From contig JAQGDQ010002371.1 of assembly GCA_030141605.1 (NCBI GenBank), positions 372,001 through 436,000 of the forward strand: a stretch of 64,000 bases of DNA, written 5' to 3'. A program made the translations under genes and the position numbers. This DNA comes from Tubiluchus corallicola. Taxonomy: Eukaryota > Animalia > Priapulida. Shown one piece after another: positions 13,590-27,400 of this stretch (position 1 is the first letter of the stretch; each line of letters begins with the position of its first letter). The notes beneath the pieces were generated by a model. That model was not told the origin of the DNA, searched no databases, and saw only the letters and a program-made list of their open reading frames with translations.

Positions 13590-13960
13590 CACATGTCTTC
13601 ACTACAAAAGACCGATATTAAAATTTTGTTATCAATAAAAGTAGGACTTGATCGCCTAGACTACGGTACCTGGAATCCCCTTGAAGAGAAAGTCAAGAAC
13701 AGTCGCACAGAGCCGTTGATGCGCAGGAAAAATGCAAAAATTGTTTTGAGTGCTGGCCTCTACCTCCTTAAGGAAGTGAGAAACTACATCAGCTGTTAGA
13801 AGAAACGCCTTCGTCTAGTTTGTATTGAAAATAATGGACACGTAGGCACTGCTGTAAATTTTAGCAGTAGCGACATACAGTTTTTTCTTGCCACGTTGTT
13901 TTGACACGTTGTTTTCAAGCTTCTGCGTCTTTGGGAAAATCTAAGGAAATAACCTGTTTA
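13590..13960 (+). mobile_element. Tc1/mariner-superfamily (mariner/maT-like) transposase 3' relic, copy 1
   Basis: RLDYGTWNPLEEKV resembles SPDLNPLDYxxWxxLEEKV, and SC*KKRLRLVCIENNGHV resembles the typical C-terminus WxKRLxxVxxxxGGH. A homologous inverted copy lies at 57105-57490. Confidence 0.72.
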
Positions 13961-15514
13961 TAGGTAATCGTCTGTAGCGTTAGTGTGGTTATTGTCAAAT
14001 TCCGGACATTTTATAGCGTAGTACATATGTCTCAGAATTGTCCCATTTTTTACTATTTAAATTAATTCTTTGAGATTACACAATCATGATAAAGTAAGGC
14101 GCTTTAGCTTGATGAATAGAGTTAAGCGTACATTTTCTCTTAATTTGATTATAGGAACGAAGTAAGAGAGGTCACAAATATAGTACAAAAACGATATCAG
14201 TGTCACAAACTGCAAACATGGGTAATAACTTTTCCCATCTCTAGTGAGTTGTTTACACTAGTTATTGTAATAATTACTGGTTCCACGTATTGTATGTGGA
14301 TTAGGATATGCTATTGTTCGTCATTGTGTTAGTGGCCCCCATTTCATCAGTAATCCTCAGTGGGTTTTGCTGATATAGCTTTAGTAGCCTACCAAACTAC
14401 CTGTATTATGTGTGCCTATTGTCTGGTCAATCAATTTTGTAAAGTTCATTACCTGCAGATGCTTTCAGTCCTCCATCATGCCAGTCCGCAAAAATTGGTG
14501 GTCTGTGCTGTATATGTCTAGATTAATAGATTGCGCCTGCGCAAAATATCTAATGGGAAAAAGGAGGGTTTTTGAGCTACAGTTAATATAAAACAATACC
14601 ACTGGGAAAGCCAAGTGACGTTTTTAAAAAAATAAGTCTATGCCTTTTTATTGAGAACAAGGGTATTGTGACGTTATAAGGTTGCTGTGGTTAAGGACTT
14701 TAGGTCAGCTTATCAAATTCAATAACCGAGGTATTATCAAAAACTGTGACTTTTTTGCGTAATCGGGATTTTAGATCCTTTCAGTATTTTTAGATACTCT
14801 TCTTGTTTGTACGTCCTGTTTTTCCTGTTTGTCCTTTTTATTTTTATGTTGACAATTTTCAGTGCGTTCTCTTTTATAGCCAAGTCACAGCAGTAAGGAT
14901 AAAAGTTGTTATAATTTTTGAGAGGAAAGAGTAAATGAGGGAAAGATTTGAGCTCGCTACCTGAGTTTACCATACCTGTTTTTGCCATCTCAGGTAATAT
15001 ACATTTTAGATACAGCTCAGCCTTAGAAGTTCAGCACTTTCGACGTATCCTATATGTTTAGTTCTTTAACTTTTTGTCATGATTTCAAAAACAATTATTC
15101 TTGTAGTATACTTTCATTGAATAGATAGACAGCCTCCTGTCAGGGTATTTTGCCTGCTAATTAGCTGTTTTTATTAACCTCAACCACATCTTTAGGCCCC
15201 TTAAAAAAGTAACGCCTAATATATCAAATTGATGGTTCCAGTTCAATACAGTGACATGGATGTTTTAGTGACCTCTCGTTGCGAAAGCCAAACAAATTCC
15301 TTCACACTAATCGATGTGTTCAACAAAGGTGGACAGAGAAACCTAAAAGCAAAATCATTAATATCTGTCTCAAAATAGTTTTTTACTTTCTGATCGAACC
15401 GTTTACTATACAGGACGACTATCACCTCTAACAAGACGTTTGTAAGAGATTTATTAATGGCCCCGCGGACAAACGGTTCACTAAAGTTGTGATGAAATTA
15501 ATTTATTAACTAAT

Positions 15515-15990
15515 CTCAGGACAGCCAAAAGTTGGGGAAAAGTTATGTTTTTCTGATTGATCAACTCTGCAACAATTTGAAATGCGCCCAAGCAACATAT
15601 TTATTCTGGCAAGATATTTGTTGAGAGATACATATATTCAGACACGTGAGGTAGCCACAAGGCCAAATGATATAAGGTGCCATGTAAAAAGACAGAAACT
15701 GCTAGACTATATTTGTTCCCTCTAAGAACAACTATGGCGGGCCCTAGATATGTGTACAAGTTCTACAAGAGAAATTGGCAACCAAATGCGCTTTCATGTA
15801 TGTATAATTTTCCTGTATGATGGTGCCGATGTCATCGGTCAAATGCAGCGGAGAATTTTTTAACCAGAACCAAAATCCCAGTATTCGATTGGCCTGGAAA
15901 CAATCCGGACCTTAACCCCAGTGAAACTTTGGATAATTGTAAGTGTAATTGTTGATAAAATTGCAGAAAAACAACCATCAAATACATAAA
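15515..15990 (+). mobile_element. Degenerate Tc1 (DD34E-type) transposase catalytic domain
   Basis: Frameshifted fragments in the correct order: TAKSWGKVMF(SDE)STLQQF, QMI*GAM, RLYLFPLRTTMAGPRYV, QVLQEKL, IIFLYDGA, CHRSNAAENFL, IPVFDWPGNNPDLNPSE, DKIAEKQPS. Confidence 0.82.
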
Positions 15991-18280
15991 ACCGGACAAT
16001 AGACTCAATCTCATTATAATTTACTGTCCAAATTATATATTTTCTTGCCTATAAAAGTTAGCAGTTGCTTATAATATTTTAATAATTACCTTGGAAACTT
16101 AACTAACGTCAACTGAACACAGCTATCGCTTACGTCACAAACTAACCACTGTTTGTGCAATGGTAGACATCTTCCCTGCTCCGTCAAGCACGTTTGCGTA
16201 AGCGAAGATTACTATAAGACACTGATGCGATGTCCCGAAAATGAACCCTACGTCATAGTGATGTCAAAGACAAACACTGCAGTTCACGATCATGCTTATC
16301 ACGGTACCGCACCTATTTGTCAGCCACTCGAATGTGCCAAAATGCATTATTGTCAGTCTGAGTGGATTCGCTGTGCCGCGCGTAGCTTTGAAAGTTTAAC
16401 AAAATCTAACAATCCGAGCTAATTATTATTTAATCTAAGGTTTGATTTAAAAAGGCTTGTAGTTTTCAATATTTTAGTGCATACTTTATTTTGACCTAAT
16501 GTCTACACAATCGCCCGGTTTTCTTTAAGAGAAACCCCTAAGGATATAATTATTATTCTTTGGGTAAAAGAATTCTCCACAGAAAGTTGTAACTTGACAG
16601 CAGCATACCGAACGCTTATACACAATGGGTTGTCAAAAGTAAAACAAGCTACACAAAATATTGAAATTTTTGTGACATGGAAACAATTTTCGTGCCGGAA
16701 ATTTCATTTAAGAACGTAGCTGTTCCTTCTCGAAAACAAAATTTGCAAATGACTGTAAAATTGAAATATGGGCAATTAAGCAGAAAAACTCGATAAGCGA
16801 GAAGACCAACGCTTCGCGTTTCGGAGTTTACTTTTAACTCGTTTCATTTCGCTAAAATAGTCGTGGCATCGTTATACAAATTATGATATTCGTGCGCTAA
16901 TTTCAATTTTAATTTTCAATTTCAGTTAGCTTTCTGTTATACACCCGTGTTCCAGGCATAAATTGAAAGTCCCTGTTCCTGTTTCTGGATCTAGGTTTGC
17001 TTATAAGTGTTAATGACCTTCAGAGACGGCCCCGCAGAGGGTTACCCAAGAGAAGGTTGTTTCCCTTGTGCCACCGTTACTCTGCATAGTATACCTGTGT
17101 CGCGTGATTTCTTAACGCTTATTAAGTAACCCAAGGTAGCGAAGGATAAGGATTAGTCGGTATTTGTGGATTTGATAATTTGCTTTCTTTACTCGCACGG
17201 GTAAACTTTCTATGCGCACGCACAGTTGACTTTTCCCTTAATTGGCAATTACAGAGAGCGTTCACATTTCTAGATGCGCGCTTATTTTACCTTGTAAAAA
17301 TTAATCGTGTTTGGCAGCTCATTTGACTCGGTTTACAGTGTTAGCTAAAATAAGCTGTTTATAATTATTTATTTCCATGTTCTGTTAGAGCAGTGATCCT
17401 TGCTTTCCTCTTCCTGGACACAGAAAACCATTCACGTGTGTGAAACCATAATTTATAACTAACTGGCATTTTTTCCGATAAAGTTTAATGCTTCTGTTTG
17501 TTTTTTAAGTGCCGCTTGTTATGGGCTTTTTACAGTAAAACATGAACAATTACGAACCGACTTCGTAATAAGATAGTTTAACTTAATTAGCTTTTTGCTG
17601 TAACTCGATATATGATTGTTTCTTTCCAAAATAATCGTGTTGATAATTTTGAATGGTAACCCAAAATCTTATAAGTCAGTTGCATCACCATACATTATGA
17701 GATTAATTTGTGACAGTCAACAAGCCCCATTGCCCTTCCTCATTACCTTTTGTGTTGACACACGTGTATTAACTTATGAGTTTGCCACTGAAGGGCCCGT
17801 ATTTACATCGCTGGGACAAACAGATGAAAAAAACGTCACCTATAGATTAGACTATTTGTACATGTACTATATTAATTAAGCGGCTCTTACGCACGCAACG
17901 GCATCTAAGACGCCACAAACAAGTATTTCAACTATGTATATGTACAATTAAGTATATGTTAAGTTAACATTAAAACCCTTTGAGGAATACCTGTGGTATT
18001 TGAGGTGCATTTGCATATAATTTATGTAAAAAGTTTGGTTTCGAATAACACTGATGGTTTTGTTATTTTGATCCATATGTGGTTTCGTTCACACTTTAAG
18101 TATGTGGAATGGGTGAAGCTGTAGTACAGAGTATTTGAGAAGAATGATAAGGTTTATCTTTAGCATCTTGGAATGGCGGAACAATAATAAACATCAACCT
18201 AGATGTCGTTACGTAATTAACCCTATTATGCAAATGATGCAATTTAAATATATTACATCACTCAAAATTTGCAATAACTT

Positions 18281-18330
18281 TTTTATACCTACAAGTAAGC
18301 TACCGTTTTATACCTATAAGTAAGCTACCG
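18281..18330. repeat. 25-bp tandem duplication
   Basis: ttttatacctaYaagtaagctaccg twice, 1 mismatch. Confidence 0.85.
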
Positions 18331-18481
18331 TTAATCACAAGCAGCTTTTGTGCAGTTTTTTTGAAAACGTACGTTTAACATATTATTCACTTTTCTCTGG
18401 TTCGAGTTTGTAACGAGATAATTATATAATATAATATATTATTAATATATTATATAACTTCCTTTTGGTTTTCTTTTCCAG

Positions 18482-21400
18482 TTTGCGGGCTCTGCATCTT
18501 CACAATAATCATCTCAGTTCTCTACCAAGTGAACTTGCCAACATGAAGCAACTATCTGAACTCATACTGGCATTCAACAGGTTCAGCGTTCTTCCTGAAG
18601 TCCTAAGTAGAATGAATCAGGTATGTAATGGCATTTTCGTACGTCGTACGTTTTCAGTCTTCAACTGATATTAAGTCGGTAATTTAATAGGTTACTTTTA
18701 CTGATGCACCCATTGTTTCATTAATGAAAAATGAGGCCTAATGAATGATAATAATGATTATGATTATGTTCTTTAGTTTAGGTTATATATTTCTTGGTAA
18801 TTAGTGTACGTCAGAAGACTAATAGCTCTAAAGATCTGATGACTTATTGATCAGGTATAAAGTTTCTGCTAAACTGGTCTTAAAGAGTGCCGTTTCTGTG
18901 TAGTATAGGCTGTGTAACTCATTGCTTTGAGTACCACAGGCTGGGTGAATGATATTCTATATTTTAGAACTTCTAATATCCAATTCTTCTTATTGTTGTT
19001 GTTGTCTTATGTTAACTGGAACTGGGAGTGCATTTTATGAGAATAAATAACAGTGGGAAACTTCAGTGACTAATCACTTAACCGCTGTCGTGTGCCAAGT
19101 ATGTATCCAAAGTGTGACCTTTATAAAAAATAAGATCTGAGCATGAGAAAGATGAACTAATTAGTGACTTAGAAGTAATCGAATATTCAGAACATCAGAT
19201 CTACCTATAGATGTACATTTCCTCAGATGAATTGTGATTAGGATTATATATGTACTTTTCAGCTCGATAACATTGTAATGACGGGCAACTATGTGGAGCG
19301 ATTACCTGGTGATACTGTGTCTGGTCTTAAACATGTCCAAAAGGTGCGTATGTCATTAGTTAGCCACTTGTCATTTTGTTGTTGAGGCATCCTTAAACAC
19401 GAATAGTATTTAATAGTTTCTAATTACTTAATTTTTTATTTGCAGATGGACTTTAGGTTAAATTGCTTGACCTTGCCTCCAGTGGAAACCATGACATTTG
19501 AGCTGTTAGAGCATTTAACACATTTGGATGTTAGTCACAACAGGATTACGAATTTAGATGTGCGTAATCTGACTGCTCTAGAATATCTAAACTGTGAACA
19601 CAATAAACTGGTGATGTTGCAAGTCTCCGGACAAAGTCTGAAACATATGCGGACTGCCCATAACAGTAAGTTGATGGCATAACATCCCACGACTCAAAAT
19701 CAGTTGTGGTACTTTAAGTAGCAATTTCGTACTGCCATTGTGTTTTATAGTATAATTTACTTGTTTGTCTAATGTTTTTCAAGGCCTTTCTTTTCTAATA
19801 GTGTAGGATTTAATTCTTTCCTCATGCAAAGGTATTTTAACTTTATTTGTTTTATCAAGGCAAAATGTGCATTTTTTATGTAAGGTAACGTGATACAAGT
19901 GAGTATCCACCGTACAATGGCAATTTAAATGATGTTGTGAACCAAAAAACTGTTCATTGGCAATTATAATCCTCTTAAGATCAAATTGAATTGGCAGGGA
20001 TGTATGAGATGCATTATGCATTCTCCTCAGCAAGAAAAATGGTTGGTAGATAAAACCATCCGGAAACAATTTTTCTTGGTGATCACTCATCCATTCACCA
20101 ATCAGGTGCAGCCCTGCAAAACCTTGGTCGCTATTTCCATATTATAGCCACTCAATTATTTCTCTTGCCATACAATCCAGCTTTTCTTTCACATAGTGTT
20201 AAAGGAATGTTTGCCTGTAATTGTGATTTCAAGGTGGAGACCAGGCAGTCTGTTACAGCCAAAAGTGGTTAAAAGACCTTTCTTTAATAAGTAAATACAG
20301 TGCTCCAGATTCTTTTCACATATTGTGTGAAATGTGTTCTGATTGCCGTTGTACTTGTCTATTACTTTTTCCTGTTAACTTTAGGAAAGTGTTACGACAT
20401 TCCTTTTGCGCATGTTCCACTCTTTTGTATTATCACAATTCATTAGTGAACAAATATTGTACTTGTAATTTTTTATTTTTTCAGGTCTTCAGAGCGTGTA
20501 CATGACCCCACTGCCTGAAAATTTACGGATTCTAGACCTCAGTCAGTAAGTGTTACACAAATTTGCTGCTAGCTTTTCTAAACACTTGGTACAGGTAGTA
20601 GAATATCAATCTCTGTATTTGTCGTTAAGCTTATGGAACTTATTAACACTTGCGGTCGTATTTCTCAAATTCTGGGAACAAACATGTTCGTTTAATAACT
20701 TAATAACTGTTTTGCAGTCTACATATAGAGAGAGTGCTCTTTATTGCTTAAGTTTATCAAAGTAGCTGATGTTAGGCATTGCTCACTGTTTCCATGTTGA
20801 GGCTTTTATTTTGTAAAATTAGGCAGCTTTCCAACTCATTTTTAATGTTATAATTTAATGAATTTAATAATGAAAGCCAGTTGCACAATACCTTTGAACT
20901 TTGATGTTTTGATTTTTTTCCCATTTAGCAATGAACTAAACAAATTACCAGAGTGGATTTGTGACTTGTGGAGGCTAGAAAAATTATTGGCACGACACAA
21001 TCGATTGTCCATACTTCCAAACAGGTTTGTTTTACTAGTGAAATTTTCCTGAAACTTTTGCCTCATTCGGTTTGCCTCACTAATTTTTTATCCTTGTGTT
21101 GCTACATGTGCTCTTTGCATTGAGAAGAATAGCAGCTAATAGTGTGGCTTATTGTACAGTAGGCGCATCTTGATAGACTCACTTTGAGATGGAAGTGTTT
21201 CAACCCAAGTAACCAACTGATTCAATTTGCGGAAGTGTGTAGCCTATTACTGTTATAGAAATATGAGTCATCATCACTCATCACCTTAGTATGCATTCCA
21301 AAGGCTTTAAATGAATCTTAGAAACTAATCAAAATTCCCATGTGCATTTATTTTAGAATACTAATTTATATAAGTGAATTAATAAAAAAAATTTAAAATC

Positions 21401-24400
21401 GCATGAATCTGATTATTACCACTAAAAGTTACAAGAATTTTTGCACGTTTGGTTGCTTCGTTTCTTCATGCAGGTTATGAAATTCTCATACTGATATAAA
21501 CATGGAAAATTCACGCAAAATACCTAGTCACCTAGTGCTTGAGCTGCAGCTGGTGATGACCTTGTTTCCCTTGTGAAAAGCAGCGCGAAATTCAAAAGCA
21601 AACCGCTGGACAAATGATTAAATGTTTAACTTCCAGAAATAACGAGAATAACTGCAGCGGGTGACAAAACAAAACCACTACGTTAACTTATTAGCGCATA
21701 TGATAAGCGCGCTGTACCTGCTTACAAACAAAGCTGTACGTAACATCCTGTACCTGTACCAAAGCTGTGCACCAAATCTACGTAAAGATGACATAAAAGC
21801 AGTAAAAGCTCTTTGGGCACACACAAGTGTCTTATTTTAAAATGAGACGTGAAAGAAAAAGTATTGAGTCAGTTATGCAAAGGAGTCAATTATTGACAGT
21901 TTTTATATACATTTGAATATGACCGGCTGGTACCAGTCGTTTTTAAGTCAAATAGGCGATTGGTTCTGTTAAACGAGAATTAAACTGAGTTTAATAAACT
22001 GAAAAATAAAAGTTGCAGTTATTGTTTAAGGAACAACTATATTATTTGACATACTGTATTTCATTCAACCTGCTTTAAAGATATTCAATTAGTTCTCATT
22101 CACACCTGGTTTAAAGCTAATAAGTTATCACTGAATATTGAAAAATCTAAATTTATTGTATTCACATATAAAAATAAAAGAATCCCTAGTAATCATACAG
22201 TAAAAATCCCAATAAATAAAGTAAAATATACTAAGTTCTTGGGCATCATCATAGATGAACACCTAACTTGGCAAGAACATCTTAGATTTATCGAAAGCAA
22301 AATCTCCAAAAACCATAGGTATTATATACAGAGTTAGACACATATTGCCTGAATCAGTACTTGTATTATTATATAATTCTCTTTTTTTACTATATCTTAA
22401 TAATTCAAACATTATTTGGGGAAGCACATACACCAGTCGATTGAAAAAAAATTCACATGATTCAGAAGAAAATAGTGTGAGCTATAACATTTGCGGTTAT
22501 CAGGACAATACACAACCAATATTTAAAAGTCTAAACATTTATGACATTAATAAGTTCCAAACTTCCATTTTCATGTACAAATTCTCTCATAAATTATTGC
22601 CACCCTTATTTACTGATTATTTTTGTTTGAATGCTGAGATACATAATTACGGTACACGATGTAGACTTAACTATCACTACATACAGTGCAACACAAATGT
22701 TAGAAAATTTTCTATTAAATACAATGGCCCTTGTATATGGAATTCAATTGCTCCAGCTATTAAAAATGCCAACACGCTGTACATATTTGAAAAAAATTAT
22801 AAACTAAACTTGCTTGAAACATATAACTGATCACTCAATCATGATTTGTTGTTTTTCATTTTCAAAAACTTCCCCTCTAGTATAATAATATTTTTATTAC
22901 TTCCCACCCTTATATATATCTGCAATGAGCACCTCCATATAGTCTAAACAAGTGTTGCCTCCTCCACAAATGCTTAACGAATGTGTTAAAGCATTTATCA
23001 TTTCTCTGTACCGACCATCAGTTTACATTGCAGTTATGGAAATTATTACTACTAATGCCCACTGTAACTCACACTAGCCATTAGCAATATATTGTAATTT
23101 TTCTCGTAACTAATTTTAGTGGCCTAGCATAAGCTAGCTTCTCGGGTCTCTAGTGCAGAATTCATGAATTGTATCATAATTTTGTATTAACAAAAACTGA
23201 TTATCGATGCACATGTAATGCATATGTATATGTTTATTGCGAAATAAATCTACTGAATTGAATTGAAATTTGTTTTTCTGTAGATTGTTGTGTAATATGG
23301 AGAATCTTAAATTACTTATGGTTGATCACAATCAGTTGACTGTACTTCCGGAATGGGTGGAAAACTGTATGATAGAAACTTTGCATATAGAATACAACAG
23401 AATTGCTCACCTTCCTGACAACCTGCTTGTTAACTGTACAAAGTATGACATTAGTCACTATTTTTAAGTAAAACTAAAAGTTGGTAACTCCTCCTCATAT
23501 AAAATATGTTCTCAAAATAAAGTTTTAAGTTTTGACTACCAAACTTTAACTTTTGTTTTTAACCCTTTCACTATGGAAGGTGGCACACTGCTGCCTACGT
23601 TTTTCTTGTAAGGGACGGAAGGCAGCAGACTGCCACCCAAGCTCAGTACTAACCGCAGGTCTGCAAAACATTAAAGAAAAGTTTGACAGCCTTGGGGTTA
23701 CTTTGAAGCCAGGTACATTCCACAATACTGTACTGCATAGTATGTTCCCACACGCAAAATTACTTGTAGATCGTTGATGAAATGTTAGTTGATCACTTGA
23801 CAAAACAACTGATCGTATATTTAGTTGATTGTTCTGCATTCTTATAAAATGATTGCATATTATGAATAAGTATTGCGTCTTTTATGAAAACTGGTTTCTA
23901 AACATAAGTATGTGCTTATTTGTGTGGGTGTGCACGTATGTGTGCGCATGTGTATAAATAAGACTAATATTCAATATTACTGTTTAATGACAAATAGCTG
24001 TTTATGTAGAAGATTCTGTTTAGAACGCACCACAAGAAGTTATTGTCAAATGTGCAAAAGCTGATGTGGCCCTGTTAATAAGCAAGTACGTAGTGAAAGG
24101 GTTAAAGTTTACTTTGAATTCTTTTGTTTGCTAAGCTGCTATTACACATACGTTGGGTAACTGCTTTTATCAATGTCATTTTGGTCTTGCAGGTTGCGTA
24201 TTCTCAATGCTACAAACAACCGGTTGACACATTTTCCACCTCTAAACCAAATACAAGACTTGAACAAAGTGTCTGAACTGTACCTCTCTTGTAACTACTT
24301 AGTAGATTCAGTGTTTGAAGAAGTCTGTGAATATCCAAGGTTGAAAATTCTGCATATGGCATACAATGACCTACAAGAGATATCCCATGAGTAAGTATTC

Positions 24401-27400
24401 TAACAACTGCTTGTTGTCTATTTTTGCAGTAGTAAGTTTTAAGTAATATGTTTCTGGATGATAGTATGGCATCGTTAATGTTTTTTTCTGGTTTCTTCAG
24501 AGCTGTGTGTAAGCTAGAGGTTCTTGAAGAACTGAACGTTTCTGGGAACAAGCTGCAATACCTGCCTGATGTAATTGGACAGCTTCCCAAATTAATTGTC
24601 CTACGAGCTCATTCAAACATCCTGCGATCGTTGCCTGACTTTTACAAGGCAGTTTCACTGAAGGTAAACAATTATCTGGTTTATAGCCAATGAAGCAGAT
24701 GAACTATATCAATTTCTATTTTTTAATTCAAATGCCTGTTGTTTCCTACGATAGTTTTTGATCCTTACTTTTAACCTGTAAGGTATGCGATAGTGTATGA
24801 GTAATTTTTTTCCATTTTTTGCAGGTGCTCGATGTAGGATGTAACCAACTGCACAAAGTCTCTGTTTCCAATATTATGGCTTCGCAACTCAAACATTTAG
24901 ATGTGTCATGTAATTCGGGGCTACAAGTTAGTCCACAATCATTTCAGTCATTCAGGTAGGCATAGTTGATGTGCATTTATTGTCAAGAGGAACAACATAA
25001 TTAAAAGTTAATATTGCTTTTATGCTAAATCAGTGTAAGATTTTTAATTTAGTTGAACTTTTACAAGTGTTATTTGGAAACTTGGTATGATTTTACCTTG
25101 TGTTTAGCTCAGTGAAGAATATTTCTCTTGTGGACATGACCGGGCGGAGTCGCAGCACATTAATAGGAGAACCAACTATTATACAGGAACCACCATGGTC
25201 TGTAGGATTTTCAGAAACTTCTGGTTCTCGAAACAAGTGAGTAAATGAAAAATTTATTCTCTTGTTTTTATTCTGAACATCATTAAAATATTTTTTGAGT
25301 ACAGTCTAGAGGATTTAGTAAAGATTTATCACATCTAACAATTCTTTAGCAACCAAATCATTTTCGTAAGATTATAATATTTTTGCTTAATTCAAGTTTT
25401 AAATTGAAATTTACTGTTGTGTAGATTGTGTATTACTCAAGTAAGGATACCACAGTATGGAGCTGATGAAGCATTATTTGGTATGTTTGATGGTGGCCGT
25501 AACAACGAGGCTCCACTTCTGCTACAAGAAAAAGTACCGACAATATTACGAGATGAGCTTAATCATCCAAAAACTTCTGAACAGTATATGAAATATACAA
25601 TGTTAACAGCGCATAGGTGAGTGAATCAGCTGCTCAGTCTGCAAACTCTTGCCTAAGTTGAGGAGAGGTTTGCTGAGTGGTCACGGAGTGTAATTACTGG
25701 CAGAAATTAAACAATGCTGGCTGGCAAATTGCTTTTTTGCAGTTTTATCTGGCGTTGGCTTTTTGTCTCATCGGGGGAAATTTTATATACATCCGAACAG
25801 TTGATACTTATTCAGCATCTAATCTTATGGAATGTTCAGACTAATGAGTTTTCTCTCTGGCAGCAAACTTGCAACGTAGGCTAGTGTAGGTTTAGTTAAT
25901 AAGCGATGTAGGTCCATGCTATAATCTTCAACAGTTATACCTCGTTTATTTAAATAAAAACCAGCCGTTCTTTCCACCCATAGAGACATCCAAGGTTTTG
26001 CACTAGCATTTAAATGATTACAACGCCTACGCAAAACACACTCGACTGTCAGCAGACGTCACAATCAAAACAACTCTGCGGCAGGAATGTATTGCACAAT
26101 TATAGTAATAATGGAGTTTAAACATTAAAAGCTTATTTTTTTATGATAAAATAGTTGCTGAACTGTGGCACATATTAAAAAACTTGCACCAGTCTCAAAA
26201 AGTACTCTTTTCATTGTTGGCTTCATTTCTATATAGCACATACACTCAGGCAGTTGACCTCGGCTATAACGAGACTCGTTTATGGCGAGCAAACAGTCCC
26301 TTGAAACTCGTTATTAACGGTTTATACTGTACCAAATTAATTTTAATATGTGAACTGTAATTGCTTTATTTTTTTGGTTAAAATTTTAAGGCTTTTGTTT
26401 AATACTGGGATAGCCAACAATTTTGCCATAACTTTCACATAGTTCTTATAAAAAAATGTATAATAGTTTGTGCAATATAGTTGGGTATTACTTGATATAG
26501 CTGCCATCATCTACATGAATTTTGAAGTGCCCGAAAGTAATGCAGCTATATCACTATATTAGTGTACAACATATTCCATTTTATTTTTCCTTTCTGATCG
26601 ATTTTACTCTTATTTTGTAGAAAGTTGAAGGCAAGTGGGCAGCGGCTTGGTGCAGCAACAGTACTGTGTCACCTGCATATGTCTTTGGTTGATAACTTTG
26701 AAGAGTACATTCTTAATTTGGCAAATGTTGGCCATGTCGAAGTCATTCTGTGCAGACAGGGTGAGCCAATGAAACTTACCCGATTATTCACAGTAGCTGG
26801 GGATCCACTAGAGTGCGAAAGAACAAGACGTAGTGATGGCATCATCACTGAAGTAAGTTCTGTGCTACTATACAAGGATGGCATATTTGCATCATACAAA
26901 CTTCAAGTTATTATCCATGTATTTTGTAATTCCTAAAATACATTCAATTATATTGTCATATTGTTTAATAATTTGGCGGAATCATCAAAAATTCGAGGAC
27001 TTTGATTGGTAGAGATGTGCAGGGTAAGTCTTATTTATTAGTTTTATCTAAAGCATTAGCCTATTGTGAATGTTGGACACTAGTCATTGTAGCTTCATGT
27101 AATTGACTGAGTACTTTACTTAATTGAATAATTAATTAAAAGGAGTGATAGGCTGCAAACACCTGTATCTATGTAAACACTAATGCTACGTCAAATAGAT
27201 AATACAAATTATATATTTTTCCTGCCTAGAATTAACTTTTTGTTCTTTTGTAGTCATTAAATAAACCCTGTACATTAATAGCAGTGACATCTGACATTAC
27301 TAATTTGTTGGTCTCAATAATCAATTTACATTTGTAAAGTAAAAACTTAAATTTTAAATCGCCTAAATCATTATTTTATGCGTCACTGATCACAAATAAA

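Noticed and set aside
14737-15434. L1/Tx1-type LINE relic on the minus strand (WNHQFDILGVTF fragment)
   Set aside because: Only one suggestive motif; no FADD core or further ordered motifs could be recovered.
204-18323. The many 60-90 aa ORFs in the first 18 kb as protein-coding genes
   Set aside because: They have no recognisable domains, often non-ATG starts, and are explained by low-complexity DNA or transposon relics.
25660-25700. tRNA-like 5' half (ggagaggtttgctgagtggt)
   Set aside because: No T-arm/B-box or cloverleaf follows; at most a SINE remnant.
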